Origin: Carcharhinus longimanus
Taxonomy: Eukaryota
Assembly (NCBI GenBank): GCA_030264375.1
Contig: JASCQW010000061.1
Coordinates: 71,882,224-71,946,223, forward strand
Length of the DNA stretch: 64,000 nucleotides
Reading direction: 5' to 3'
Part shown: piece by piece, positions 47,850-61,952 of the stretch
How positions within the stretch are numbered: the stretch's first letter is position 1
Layout of the letters: the number at the start of each line of letters is the position of its first letter
Made by a program: the position numbers and the translations under genes
Notes under the pieces: model-generated
Seen by the model: only the letters and a program-made list of their open reading frames with translations
Told to the model about the DNA's origin: nothing
Database searches by the model: none

Positions 47850-50800
47850 ATGCTTTTGATTCTTTTGCCGCTTATTTTAAATCTGTGCTCTCGCGTCCTC
47901 GATCCCTTCACAAGTAAGAATGGTTTCTCCTATCCACTCTATCCAGTCCCCTCATGATTTTGAGTACTTCTATCAAACCCCTCTCTGCCTCCTTTTCTAC
48001 AAGGAAAGGAGTTTCAACTTCTCCAATCTATCTTCATAACTGAAGTTTCTCATCCTTGAAATCATTTTCATAAGCCTCTGCTTCAGTCTCTCCAATCCTT
48101 CATCTACATAGTAAATGAAGCGCCCAAAACTGGAGCTAAAGGGATCAAAGGACATTGAGGGAATGCAGGAACAGGTTACTCAGTTGGATGATCCTAATGA
48201 ATGGTGGAGCAGGCTTGAAGGGCTGAATGGCCTACTGCTCCTATTTTCTATGTTTTTATGTACATAGAACATAGAACATAGAACACTACAGCACAAACAG
48301 GCCCTTCGGCCCACGAGTTGCGCCGATCACATCAACANNNNNNNNNNNNNNNNNNNNNNNNNNNNNNNNNNNNNNNNNNNNNNNNNNNNNNNNNNNNNNN
48401 NNNNNNNNNNNNNNNNNNNNNNNNNNNNNNNNNNNNNGAGGCCGATTTAAGAGTCCTGTGGACCCGGACCCCAAGATCCTTCTGCTCTTCAACACTACTC
48501 AGACTTCTGCCCTTCTGTACATAATACTTCAGCTGATGTCTAACTAGTGCCTTATAGAATTTCAACACTACCTCCTTGCTCCTGTACTCTATGACACTCT
48601 TATTCAAGACAAGAATAATGTATGGTTTAATTACTCTCTCAATCTGTCCTGCCATCTTCTATTACTTTTGAACATGTTCACCCAGGTCCCTCTACTTCTG
48701 CACCCCATGTAGAGTAGTAGCCTTTATTTTGTACTGTCTCACCATGTTCCTCCTATCAAAATATATTATCTCACATTTCTCCATATTTAATTTCATTCAC
48801 CACCTATCCGTCCTATCCAACAATTTGTCTATGTCCTATTGAAATTCTACACTGTCCTCCTCACAGTTTACAGTGCTTCCATGTTTTGTATTGCTTGCAA
48901 ATTTTGAAATTGTTCCCTGTACACAAAAGTTTTGATCATTAATATTTATCAGGAAAAGCAAGGCTTCCAATACTAAACCTTGGGGAGTTCCACTAGAAAC
49001 CTTCCTCCAGCCTCAATATCAATTATCCATTACTCTTTGATTTTGTCACTCAGCCAATTTCGTATCCATATTGCTGCTGCCCCTTTTATTCCATCAGCTA
49101 CGACTTTGCTCACAAGTATGTTATATGGCATTGTATCAAATGTCTTTGGAAGTCTATGTATACCACATCAACAGCATTGCCCTCATTGACCCTCTCTGTT
49201 ACTTCTTCAAAACATCCTGATATGTTAGTTAAACGTGATTCTCCCATAAGAAATCCATGCTTTCTCTTCTTAATTAACCCACACTTGTCCACGTGATATT
49301 AATTCTGTCTCGAACCAGTGTTGAAAGTTTCCCCACCATTAAAGTTAAGCTGACTGGTCTGTAGTTGGTAGCCTTATCCTTATCCCCTTTTTTGAACAAT
49401 GTTTGCAATTCTCCAGTCCTCTGGTACCACCTCTGAGTCTTAAGAACTCTGAAAAATTATGGCCAGTGCCTCTCCCTTCCCTCAATATCATTGGTTGCAT
49501 CTCATCCAGACCCAGTGTTTTGTGAACTTTAAGTGCAGACAGCCTATCCAACAGCTTCTCTTTATCAATAGTAAAACCTTCTAGTGATTGAATTTTCTTC
49601 TATTTCACCATAGCCTGGATAGCATCTTCTTTCCTTAGTAAAGATAGATGCAAAGTATTTATTTGATACCTCAGGATTTACACACGGAAGCAAGGGGTAT
49701 GGCTATCTTTGGTCCCTAATTAGCCGTACTCCTCCTTTAACCATGCTTTTTACTATTTATGCCCACAGGAAACTTTGGGATTTATTTCATGTTCACTGTC
49801 GATCTATCTTCATATTCCCTCTCTGCTTCTCTCATCTGCTTTTTCAGCTCTGCTCTGAACCTTCTGCATTTAGCCTTGTTCCCAGTTGCATTTTCTATCA
49901 AGCACTTGTCATCAGCACACTTTCCCTTTTTTATCTCAACTTCAACCTCCTTTGCCATCCAGGGTGTGCCCTCAATTTCTCTTTTGAGGGAATATACCTT
50001 GACTCAACTCGAATAATTTCTTCTACTGTTCTGCTACTGTTCTTCCTGCCAACCTTTGGCTCTGAATATTTGATCCAGATTCGTTCTTAACTCATTCAGC
50101 TGACATACCTCCAATGAATTATTCTTCATCTGGATTGCTGATTGTTCTTTTCCATAGTCATCCTGAACTGTATGCTGCAATGAACACAGTCCTCCAAATG
50201 CTTTTTCTACTGACACTTAATCGACTTGTCTCACCTCATTCCCAAGAACAAGGTCTAGCAATGCCTTCTTTCTTATTGGACTGGACTCGGCACAATCTGC
50301 TGTAGAAAATTGTCTTGAACACACCCTAGGAACTCTTGCCAGGGTGACATGGTGGCCCAGTGGTTAGCACTGCTACCTCACAGTGCCAGGGACCCGGGTT
50401 CAATTCCGGCTTTGGTCACAGTGTGGACTTTGCACATTCTCCCTGTGTCTCCATGGGTTTCTTCTAGTACTCCAGTTTCCTTCCACAGTCCAAAGATGTG
50501 CGGGTTAGATTGACTGGCTATGATAAATTGACCCTAGTGTCAGGGGCATTAGCAGGATAAATGAGGGTTATGGGAATAGGGCATGGGTGGGATTATATTC
50601 AGTGCAGACTCTTTGGGCCGAATGGCCTCCTCCTGCACTGTCGGGATTCTCTGATTTTCTCTATCATTTACACTACCTCTGTCCCAATTTCAGATAATGA
50701 AAGTACTCCATTATAACTACTGTATAATTTTGTGCCTCTCTGTAATTACCTTGCAGATTTGTTACTCTGCATCCTTTCCACTAGCTGACGGCCTGTAATT

Positions 50801-50980
50801 GCACCCTTTTGTTTTGTTCCTTTGCTCTAGCCAAATTAATTCAGATCTTGACTTCTCTGGGACATCCTCTTTCTCCAGCACTGCAATGCTCCCCTTAACG
50901 CACACTGCCACCGCCCCCTGCCCCCTTTTCTTCCTTTCCTATCTCTCCTGAATACTTTGTATCCAGGCATATTAAACACC
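47850..50980 (-). mobile_element. Long decayed CR1 with nested younger CR1 tails (~48135-48490) and a type A SINE (50341-50655)
   Basis: LKFYKALVRHQLKYYVQ, HGFLMGESRLTNISGCFEEVTERVNEGNAVDVVYIDFQ, LSALKVHKTLGLDEMQPMILRE. Confidence 0.87.
50341..50655 (+). mobile_element. HE1-like V-SINE, type A tail
   Basis: ggtggcccagtggttagcactgc..gggttcaattcc..gggccgaatggcctcctcctgcactgt. Confidence 0.9.
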
Positions 50981-51004
50981 TATCAAACCCTGAAAGAAAT
51001 TCAC

Positions 51005-51720
51005 CTTTTATTTATTCATTCATGGAACTTGGGTGTCACTGGCTGACCAGCATTTATTGCACATCCCTAGTTGCCCTTGAGAAAGTGATGGCGAGCTGCA
51101 TTCTTGAATCGCTGCAGTCCATGTGCCGTGGGTTGACCCACAATGCCGTTAGGGAGGGAATTTCAGGATTTTAATGCAGCATCTAGGAAGGATATATTTC
51201 CAAGTGATGTTTGGGAGTGGCTTAGAGGGGAACTTGCAGGTGGTGGTGTTCCCATATATCTGCTGCCCTTGTCCTTTTAGATATAAGTGGTCGAAGGTAT
51301 GAAAGGTGCTTTCTCAGGATCTTTAGTGAATTGCTGCAGTGCATAGTACACACTGCTGCTACTGAGTGTCAGTGGTGGAGGGAGTGGATGTTTGTAGATG
51401 TGGTGCCTATCAAGCAGGCTGTTTTGTCCTGGATGATGTCAAGCCTGAGTGTTGTTGGAGCTGCACCCATCCAGTGGGCAGTATTCTATCACACACCTGA
51501 CTTGTGCGTTGTAGATAGTGGACAGGCTTTAGGGAGTCAAGAGGTGAGTTACTCGCCACGATATTCCTAGCCTCTGACCCACTGTTGTAGCCAACTGGAC
51601 TCGTCACAAACACAGTGATGGTAACATCATTGAATGTCAAGGGGTGGTGGTTACAGCGTCATTCATTGATGATGGTCATTGCCTGGCATTTGTCAGGCAT
51701 GAATGCTACTTGCCACTTGT
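51005..51720 (-). mobile_element. L2/CR1-group LINE 3' portion; related pieces at 52250-52590 and 53620-53860
   Basis: tttattcattcatggaacttgggtgtcactggctgaccagcatttattgcacatccctagttgcccttgagaaag tail, homologous to 5900-6745. Confidence 0.82.
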
Positions 51721-51724
51721 GCAA

Positions 51725-52007
51725 TGTTACTAGCCAATGCCCAGGGGGCACCCCCCCTCACCCCTGACCTTCTGGAACCCTCCATGGCCCCCTTCATTCC
51801 AGCGGGGTCAGGCTGCCAGCTCCCAGTTATAGAGGATTTGTTGTAAACCGTGCTGGAGCAAACATTTCTGATTAGGGTATATAGCTACGCGCCAATTTCT
51901 GATGGTGCCGGAAATCCGTCAGTCGCAGCCACGCAGATGCCATGGCACCCAATAAGGAGCCCTCTAAATGGCCTCCACTTGAGTCCCCCGGCTGGGAGAA
52001 TCACCCC
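51725..52007 (+). mobile_element. Right end of a non-autonomous Harbinger-like element
   Basis: Colinear with 11270-11745 and ends GGGAGAATCACCCC. Confidence 0.65.
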
Positions 52008-52594
52008 TACATTTTGTTCCTTTCTCTAGGGCATTAATGTAAATAGTGAACAATAGCGAGTCAGGAATCCTGCGGCACTCCACTAGTTGCATCTTTCCAC
52101 TCTGAAAAGGACTCATTTATTCCAACTCTCTGTTCTCTATATGAGAGCCGCTTTTCAATTCTCGTGAGCACACTTCTTCCAATTCCATGGTTTTTTACTT
52201 TATACACCAGCCTCTTATGTGACAGCATAATGGGATCATAGGATAGGGGCTTCATTGGAAATCCAGCATTTATGATCCATTTCTAATTGCTGTTGAGAAG
52301 ACGATGGTCAGTGGTGATCTTAAATTACTGTAGCCTAAGTGGTGTTGGTAGCCCACGATAATGTGGCGGAGTTCCAGGGTTTTGACCCAGTCACAATGAA
52401 AGGTCTGTGATATAGTTCCAAGTCAGGATAGTGTGTGAATTGCAGGGGAACTTTCAAGTAGTGGTGTTCCCATGCGTCTTCTCTTGTCCTTCAGGTGGAA
52501 GAAGTCACAGATTTGACAGGTTGTCTCTAAAGAGCCTTGATGAGTAGATACAGTGCAACTTCTAGATGGTACATATCATACCATGTGCTAGTTG

Positions 52595-53215
52595 TATCAA
52601 TGTTAATTTTCCAAAATTCCTTGGATTCTGGAGAGGTTCTGTCAGACTGAAAAGTAGCAAATATCAAACTTCTATTCAAGAAGAGGCAGAAAACAGGAAA
52701 CGATAGGATAGTTATGCCTGTCAGCTTGATGTCTGTCATGGGGAACATGTTAGAATCAATCATTAAGGACTAATAGCTGGGCACTTAGAAAAACTTAGGG
52801 TATTGGGTAGGGTCAGCATTGTTTTGTGAAAGACAAATCATGTTTAATCAATTTACTAGAGTTCTTCGAAGGAGTAATATGCTGTTGATAAAGTGGAAGC
52901 TGTAGACGTACAGTAAATGGATTTTCTGAAGGCATTTGATAAGGTGCCACATCAAAGGTATTTGCAGAAAAGCTCAAGTATGGGGTTAATGTACTAGCTT
53001 GGAGCAAAGTTTGACTGGCTGGCAGAAATCAGAGATTATGCAAAAATGGGCCTTTGCCTGGTTGGTAGGAAGTGGTGAGTGAGGTCCCACAGGGGTCTTT
53101 GCTGGGGCCTGTAATTTTTCCGAGTCACATCAATGAATTAGATGAGGGATTTGAAGACATGGTAGCTAAATTTGCAGATGACACAAAGACAGGTTGGAAA
53201 GTTTGTTGTGAAGAA
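52595..53215 (+). mobile_element. CR1 RT fragment
   Basis: VSEVPQGSLLGPVIF..INELDEG..VAKFADDTK. Confidence 0.88.
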
Positions 53216-54249
53216 GGCAGAAGGGTGGGAATTCTCCGGACCTGCCAGCTCTGATGCAGTGCACTGGCTGAGTGGGGTGTCTGAGAGGGGAGGGGACCTG
53301 AGTGGGGGTCTGGGGGAAAGGGGATTGTGGGTGGGGTCTTAGAGGGGAGGGAGAAGGTGGGCTTTTTTGAGAGGTTTGAGAGGAAGGTGGGCTGAGTCTG
53401 GGGATGTCGGGTCAGGTCATCAACCTGGAGTGGTTACCCATTATTCTTGGGTCGGAGAGGGTGCCTCTCTTTGGTGAGGGATTGTGGGTGCTCCTCTGAT
53501 CAGTGTGGGTGGGGAGCTGCCTATGTGCGCATAGATCTGGTCGCACTTTAAATACAGCCATAAAGTCGTCCAAGTGTCCCGCTGGCTGGGCACATAGTCC
53601 CAATTTGGGAGAATCGTGGCCTCAGTCTTTGAACCTTGTGATATCATCTTTCTGTAAAACTGTATTATCCTTGATTATTACTGCTAGCCAACACCCAAAT
53701 TCCCCATCCAGAGTACAATGCTGTACTGTTGTTACCCTCAGTGCTTTTCCTGAGTGGTGTTCAACATGGAGGAGAACTGATTGATCAGCTGAGAAAGAGC
53801 GGTGTGTGGTATTGGCAGAGAGGTTTCCTTGTCCATGTTCAAACTGATGCCACGAGGGTTCAGATGTATTCTTTCCTGAACGTGGCTAACACATTGCCAC
53901 TGATACTGGCTCCAATGAGCGCTAACTGATTGGAAATGAGACTTCTATCGCTTTCTCGGAAGGAAGTTCATCCTCAGAGAACTGCTGGTAAATCTTGCCA
54001 AAGAATCAATCCAGATTCTCTGGAAGGCCTTCCCACAGGCCACCTACCCAGCTCTGACCTCTCCACGATTTCATGGTGAGATTTAGACAGGTAAGTGTGG
54101 GAGTACCAGGGAAGGTGGGATCTATACCATTGGGCCATTCTATACCCAACCCTGCTAGGATTGGTGTTCTTGTGTGCTGCATTATTAGGGAGGTAAAGAG
54201 GGTTTTAAATAAAAAGTAGGGGCAAGGAATCACATTTGGGAAAATACAG

Positions 54250-54670
54250 TAAACCAAAGAGCAAAGACAAGGCAAAAATGAAAGGTATTATTACAGGAAA
54301 TGAAAAATAGGCCAGGAGGGGATAAAGAGTGAATATCCAATAGTAAATCAACGGATGAGAATAATAGGAGTTATAAAAATAATAAAAGGACAAAACTAAA
54401 AGCTTTGTATCTGAATGTAACATAGCTTTTAAAACAAAAGAGATGAACTGAGAGCGCACATAGAAATAAACAATAGCCATTGCCATTACGGAGACATGGC
54501 TGCAGGTGGACATGGGCTGGGAGCTAAATATTGAAGGTACAGGATATTTAGGAAGACAGGAAGCAAGGAAAAGTTGGAGGGCTGGCTCTAATAGTTAATG
54601 ATGGGATTAGCACATCTGAAGGTTGACCTAAGTTCAGGAAACCAGGATTGAGTAGAGAGGAGAAATGGTA
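54250..54670 (+). mobile_element. CR1 ORF2 N-terminal endonuclease fragment
   Basis: LKALYLNV..K.DELRAHIEIN..IAITETWLQ..GWELNIEG. Confidence 0.78.
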
Positions 54671-54682
54671 AGGTAAGGGCGG

Positions 54683-55600
54683 AGGGCGATTCTGCCATCC
54701 TGCTGCGCTAATTTTTTTAGCACAGTGGGCCGGGAGATTCAAGCAGCGCCTGATGTGCACGGTGATCTGCGCTGGGCATCCTGCCCGATAGTGTCTCCCA
54801 GTACTGGATTTCCGATGGCTTCAGCTCTGCACTGGAAATAGGTGCGGAACTGCAGTGTGTGTGCAGGACGTCATTAACATATATTTTAAATAGAATTAGC
54901 TAGCTGAGGACTGAATTTTCCAGGCCTGCTAGCCTCTCCCTCCCCTGCCAGGAGAATTTCACTCCAGTGGGGTTTACAGTATTTGATTTGATTTATTATT
55001 GTCACATGTACTGATACAGTGAAAAGTATTGTTTCCTGTGCGCTATACAGACAAAACATACTGTTCATAGAGAAGAAAATGAAAGTGTGTAGAATGCAGT
55101 GTTACAGTCAGAGCTAGGGTGTAGAGAAAGATCAACTTAATGCAAGGTAAGGTCATTCAAAAACCTGACAGCTGCAGGGAAGATGATGTTCTTGAGTTGG
55201 TTGGTACATGACCTCAGACTTTTCTATCTCCTCAGTAGCTCCCCACTTTCAGGGAGTTGGCAGCCTGATCCCATTGGAGTGAAGTGAGGGGGCAATCGGG
55301 GCCCCTCAAGGGGTCGGGCACTGGAGGGAGGGTACCTCTTGGGTACTGGCATCTCAGCAGTGGCAACCTGGGCACCCTGACACCATCCAAGGGGCAAAGT
55401 GCCAATGCCAGGGAGCACATTGGCACTGTTCATCAGGCAGTGCCAACAGGGAAGGGCGATTGGTGGGGGTGGGGAAGTCCTCCTGCCACTCTGCATTTGG
55501 GATTGGTGGAAGTTGGGGGGGGGGGGGGGGCAGAGGTGAGTGATCAAGGGTGGCCATCGGGAGGTGGGATGGGGGATGTGCGGGTGGGCAGAAGACTGCA
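54683..55600 (-). mobile_element. Non-autonomous Harbinger-like element, copy D, with a nested Rex1/Babar tail (54982-55228)
   Basis: GGGCGATTCTGCCATCCTGCTGCGCTAATTT matches 7093. The nested LINE tail is flanked by the duplicated cagta. Confidence 0.8.
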
Positions 55601-56690
55601 TGACTGCATTGGACGAAGTGGGGAAAGTGATGAAAATGATGATGTACAGATGGTACACCGTGCCAGCTACTCTTTTTTAAATGTTCACATGTGCTGTAGT
55701 CTGTCATGAAGCAGTAGCACTGGGGAGGATGCTAACAAATGCAGCATCAATATTGGTGTGTTAGTGACAGGGAAATCCCAAAGTACGCTGCTGCTCAGGT
55801 GAGTGGGATCTGCTTAACACTCAAGTGGAAAAAACATCTTTGCATGGCTCAGGAGTGTCAGCAGTCCCAGCAGTCCCACACCTATTTAATGCTCTGTGTA
55901 GCATTAACTGGCCGGAGCTGGGATTTCTCCTCACTGGGGAGGAAGTCTGGCCTCAGAGAGCTGCTCATTAGACCCAGTAGTGGTCAGTACTGGGATTTCA
56001 TCTAGTCTAAGTGCACAGGACAAAAATAAATAAGGGGAGTTGAGGTACAGGGGAGGGGCTTTTAGCATCTCACACCAAAGAGAGGGGGGCTCGGACGGAG
56101 GGGAGGGTGGGCAAGAGGTGGATTATATTGGAAATGCCAGGGAATGAGGGGTACCTGGAGGTCTGGTTGGGGTGGTGTCTGTTCTAGGTGTGCTTCAATC
56201 AGAAAAGGGATCAGTGGTGAAAGTGCCTACCTCTCCTTCTGTCCAAGGCCTGAGCAGTCTTAACTCAGTTTGTTATAAGTTAAATACTAAAACATTTGAG
56301 TTNNNNNNNNNNNNNNNNNNNNNNNNNNNNNNNNNNNNNNNNNNNNNNNNNNNNNNNNNNNNNNNNNNNNNNNNNNNNNNNNNNNNNNNNNNNNNNNNNN
56401 NNGTTACATAAATATCTGAAATTAACACATAAACCTCCAGACGCTGAATTTATTCAGATACGAGAGTCTGGATATGGGCTAAATTACTATGTATTCATGG
56501 TTAATGTGCAAAAAAAAGAAAAAAATCAAACATTAGCTCACCAGGTAAGATCAATAGCACAGAACACAATTTCTAGATTACTGGAATTCTATTGAGTGTT
56601 TCATGTGAGTAGCATCTGGATAATTTACATAACACTTCGCATCTGTTTCTCAATGTGCAGGGGATGAAACTTGGCACTGAGATTAGAGTT

Positions 56691-56766
56691 GCTATTTTTA
56701 GCTGACTAGGAATCTGGTTGCCTATCTTGCTTTCACCCCTAACCATGTTGCGAGCTACAGCAGCTG
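56691..56766. promoter_or_regulatory. Candidate muscle enhancer core (MEF2 site plus myogenic E-box) in JPH1 intron
   Basis: GCTATTTTTAGC (perfect YTAWWWWTAR at 56692-56701) and AGCAGCTG (CAGCTG at 56761) within a ~2.5-kb TE-poor block. Confidence 0.4.
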
Positions 56767-59029
56767 TAAATCCATCCTGATCCTCCTTAAAAACAAAAAA
56801 AAACCCTAAGCATTATTATGCCTTCCAAAGTGACACAGAGCTGAATGCACACCATGAAATGCATCAGAGTACTTCGTTAAATGTACTCTCTCCAAAAGAA
56901 AATTAAACACATGCTATTTCAAAATCCAATGAGAAACGCTGAACATGATCTTACACTATGTATATGTAAGCACCTTTGCTTCGAATGGGATTAGGAGTCT
57001 CCGTTTGTAACTTAAGGTTGCTGCAGCTTCAGCATGTTTTCAGATACTTGTTTGAGTTCCAAACATTCTCAACATTAAGAAGGATACACTGAGTGACACT
57101 ACAGCTGCCAAATCACTTTCTACCAATGGCAGGTTCAGATAGTGATACAAAATATAGATGGTCATGAACTATTTCACATCATTTAAAATATAATATTCTA
57201 AACTGGTTAATCACAGCTGGCCCTAATAGGCAGCACTTCTTACTTCCCTGACTGTTCCAACATGGATAGAATAGACGTGTCCTTAATTAAATAGTTCCCT
57301 GTGATAATATGTGAATGTTTGATTAGTCCTGTTTTAGTGCATTTGCTTTCTTCCAAGTTGCATGAAAATGGGATTACCTCACTGCTTAAACTTGACTTCT
57401 CCCATTATCATACTATGGGTGCACTTGGAAACATGCCTACTCTGCATTGTACAAATCAGAATACTTCAACATAGAACAGGGGAATAGGATTAGGCAAATT
57501 CAGGGACAAATAGAGTGTGGTCAAGAATGCCTAATTATAAGTTAAGAGTGAATTAATTGCAAAGCATTACTTACCCCTAACTTGGTTTAGCCTAGTAACA
57601 AATACTTCTTCTATGTCCTAACATGATGCATTTTGCATTAAAATATTTAATATTTTTAAATATCACTTAAAAACAAAATTTCAGGGAACCTCCTGGTTAA
57701 AGTGTATGATCAAGGTGCAGCAAGTTTGTGGCTATGCATGACATGCAATTAAACCTCTGCTGCCAAAAGGTGAACCAGCAATTAAAGCATGCAAAAGAAT
57801 GGCAATGAGGTACTGAATGAATTTTCTACTATAAGGGTAGAAAATTGCTCCCTTCTCAGGAGTGCAAGTAGAGCAGCTGCCCAGTCTGTGATTATTTACT
57901 CCATTAATTTTCACGCATAGAAAATTGGTTGGGAGTGTGCAATTTAATGACAATGTGCTTCCAATGAGAGCCTGGAGGGCAAGGAAGAAAATTATCCTCA
58001 GTTTTTTGAGGAAATTCACCAGCAAATATAGGCAAAGTCACGAAAATCCAAACAATTCAGATATATATTGAAAAAACAGGCACTCTCGAAATAATCGTAA
58101 GAATTATCCAAAGTAGTCATGCTCCAAAACATTTGTCGGAAATAATCAAAATCTATGAAGCATAAAAAGGAGGACTTGTTAGCTAAAGCATCCAAGCTGC
58201 ACACTGATAGAATGAAAACCTCTTCAGTGAAATTCTGCTCTACTGTGCAAAAATAAACTTCAAGTACTACAACAGATGACAGCCCAAAACAGATTTCTGG
58301 AATTGAAAAAAAAATTATGACAAAATATAACTAGCATTAAAGTATTCTAATGTCATTGTATTCTAAAGTTTAAATACCATTACTGTCATGAGAAACTGAA
58401 ACCATGACAACAACTAGTAAGTCTTGGCTATGTCATGCACATTTGGGAAACAGAGCTGCTGTTAAAATTTTATAGCTAAGTTGCAGCATTCCCGAGAGTA
58501 TGCTACATAGGCTACAAAGAACACACTTGATAGCAAAGGTTTTAAATTGAAGAGCAGCTCTTTGATTCTTTTTTCTTTCAAAAATCCTTTTACTTCTAAC
58601 AGGGTAGATATTGGCTATCTGGAATACAGCTTGTGAAGTTTTTTGAAAACTATGGTGGATTACGGTGGTATGAGTATTTTTTGTTTACTGACATGGTGCC
58701 GTTAAACAACATTTACTGTCACACTGAAGTATAAGGCAGACAAATATTCCACTGTAGCCATTTCTAAGGATTAAAAGTGACCATGCAAAAAATGAAATTG
58801 GGATGACTGAGCAGAGCTGTACATTAGGAGTTATCTCACAACGCTGGAATGAAGTCACATTATTGTAGCAGGGTGGTGGGAAACTAACTCTGTAAATGGC
58901 TGCAGGATTACTTAACCTGGAATCACTTGATGCCAACACTGGATGCCAAAGTTGGCGGGAAGGCGCATCCTTTCATTCTGAATTTATGTTCAGCCCAAAC
59001 TGAGTAGGGTGAAATTTGGCTTAGGTTTG

Positions 59030-60830
59030 GACAGGTCAGGGAATTTAATATTCCTGAAAATATTTTCCAGACAGATGGGAAGGGAAAATGGATGTTGGGT
59101 GGCCTTTTTTGTAAAGAATTCCATTGCAGCGCTAGAAAAAGATGGATGCACTGAAATTATGTTAAGACAAAATCCACATATTATAAGTTAGAGTAGAAAG
59201 GAAAATAATGCAATTCTTTTACATCCAGCCCTCCAAACTATGGAGTTGGGCATGGAAATTTGCAGGTAGTACTGCAGGGCAATTAACTACGTAAGGAAGG
59301 ATTATGCTTGTTATATTCAGTTAGGTTCAGTGTAAGAATAGAAAAGGATTATGGTGAAAGGATTATGGAAAAAGGAAAAATTCAGTGAGATAAAAAGGGA
59401 TTTGACCCAAATTAACCAGACAGAAAACATAGAAGACAGGTCAATAGATAAGTGGTGGAAAATCTTCAAACAAGTGATGGCTAGAGTAGAAACTGTTTCT
59501 TTTCAGGAGTACACCAAGAATTAGAGGGCACAGATTCAAAACAATGGGCAAAAGAAATAGAAGTGATGTGGGGAAAAAAATGTTTTTCACCCAGAGAGCT
59601 GATGGAGTCTGGAACAAACTTCCTGAGAGGTGATGGAGGTAGGTTTGATTGAGGTATTCAAAAGAGAATTGGATTGCTATTTAAAAAGAATGAATGTGCA
59701 AAGTTACAGGGATAAGGCAAGGGAGTGGGACTTGGTAGAATGCTCTTTCAGGGAACTGGTATAGAGTCAATGGGCCAAATGGCCACCTTCTGCGCTGTAA
59801 AGATCATGTTATAATAGATATATACAGGCAAAAATGGGACATAAGGAAATGTTAGGGCTAACATCACTTAAAATAACTCTGTAATAATTTGAGACAAAGA
59901 GCTCACTGGTGGTGATTTAGACTGAGGATCATCAAACCTCAGGTGAGGGATAATGTCAAGAAGGCAACTGAGCTAATAAATTCCCCAGAATATCATGGAT
60001 TGAAAGAGTGGATTAAAAGGCTAAAATGTATACGACAAAAGGATGTTTGATAACATCAATGGTAATATTTGCATACGCTGAAACATGCAAATTGTACCAT
60101 GGAGCTGGAAGGAAGAGAAAAGAAAGCTATTGCCAATTTTGGTAAACCCTTAAGAGTTATAATTCAAAATAAATTTAATGATCATTAAAATCATAGAATC
60201 ACAACAGTACAGAAGGAAGCCATTTGGCCCATCAAGTCTGCACTAACTCTCCAACAGGGCATCTTACCCAGGCTCTATCCCTGTAACCTCATATATTTAC
60301 CTCACTAATACCCCTAATCTACACGCCTTGGTATATTAAGAGGAAATATAGCATAGCCAATCCACCTAACTTGCACAACTTTGGACTGTGGAAAGAAACG
60401 GAAGCACCTGGAGGAAACCCACGCAGACAAGTCGAGAATGTACAAACTCCACACAGACAGTCATCCAAGGCCGGAATTGAACTTGGGTCCCAGGTGCTGT
60501 GTAGCAGCAGTGCTAACCACTATGCTAGTCTTGTAATGGATTAATCAAGGTTAGCCAGCATAGGTTTCTTAAAGGAAAGTCAATAATTGATTTTAATGAA
60601 AAAAATTACTGGACAGATCAAGGGGACACAATAAGTATAATGGACATGGATCTTCAGAAGGGTTTGCATAAGGTGTTTCATGCTGGAAATAGTAATGCTA
60701 GTAAGAATGAAACCAAATAGTGTTGAGATGGTTCACAAAAGCTGGTTAAAAAATTCAGTTGTTATGAGATAAGTGGAAATGTAGCAGCATTTACATAAAT
60801 GTGGTTGAGGCACTGCAAACAATGAATTAA
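59030..60830 (+). mobile_element. Old CR1 remnants with a nested CR1 3' end (59515-59800) and a minus-strand type A SINE (60190-60527)
   Basis: ttttcacccagagag..gggccaaatggccaccttctgcgctgt, SINE V-domain on -, and ggatcttcagaagggtttgcataaggtg (DLQK.FDKV-like). Confidence 0.75.
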
Positions 60831-61729
60831 AGAAATGGAATTTGCTAACAATAGTTAATGTTGGATGGCCAGTGAGACCAACAAGATTCAGTTACATGCA
60901 CAGTTCAACGTGTAAATATAAACAGTTGAAATCACAGAAAAGCCAACAGTATTTTAAATTATATAAATAGGGACATACAAGAGCGGAGCCAGATGTAGAA
61001 GCGCTGGATTCTAAAGACTGGTGGATGAAAAACTTAGAATAACAGTTTATTATATACTCTGAATAGCTCTTACACGCTGTGTATCTGCTTGCGCTCCGGA
61101 GTTTGGTGGTGGTGGGGGGGNNNNNNNNNNNNNNNNNNNNNNNNNNNNNNNNNNNNNNNNNNNNNNNNNNNNNNNNNNNNNNNNNNNNNNNNNNNNNNNN
61201 NNNNNNNNNNNNNNNNNNNNTTGGGGGGTGGGGGGGGGGGGGGGGAGTCTCCTGCGCTTCCAACATGTGACCCTTTATGTAGCTGCATCATCACGTGACC
61301 ACACTACCTATAATAGATTTCTACAGAATAATCACACTCTGTGGACTGACCACATGCAGCTTCAGGCGTCCCAGCATCAGAAAGGACCTTAAAGCCACAG
61401 AGAAAGTGTAGATTTACCAGACGATGTTGCAGATAGGAGGTTAGAGTTATAAAGAGAGACTTAATATACTTTAACTATTTCCAATGGGGCAGAGAATGTT
61501 ATGAGGTTTTTAAAATTACATAGGAGGGGAATTTATGCAGCATTGTATTACACTAGGCTCATTAATTATGCAGTCACAGGTTTCCTACATATTGTATGGT
61601 GGGATGAGCTGGATGATGCATCCCACCATCACATCCAGGCGCCTTGTTTAAAAGATGCCTGGACATCAACTTCTTTGTCATGAACTCACTGTGGAAGGAG
61701 GTGAGCCAGCAATTTCAGGGAGCTCTGTC

Positions 61730-61952
61730 CCCCAGATTTAGTGACATTTCCCTCAATGTATTGCTCAATGTAGTGGAGGCGAGGAGGGAGATCCTTTACT
61801 CAGAGGACGGGAGAGGAGGTTGAGCTGTGTGATCAACTCTGCATGGGAGGAAGATTCCGAGATGGTCAATGCCCATGGTCTCCACTAAAGGACTGCCCTT
61901 GCCCTGCAGCAGAGACAGATGAATGACCTCATTCACTCCACTGGGGTAAGTG
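61730..61952 (+). pseudogene. Harbinger Myb/SANT-like exon remnant
   Basis: PRFSDISLNVLLNVVEARREILYSEDGR..AWEEDSEMVNA..MNDLIHSTG followed by the donor gtaagt. Confidence 0.78.
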
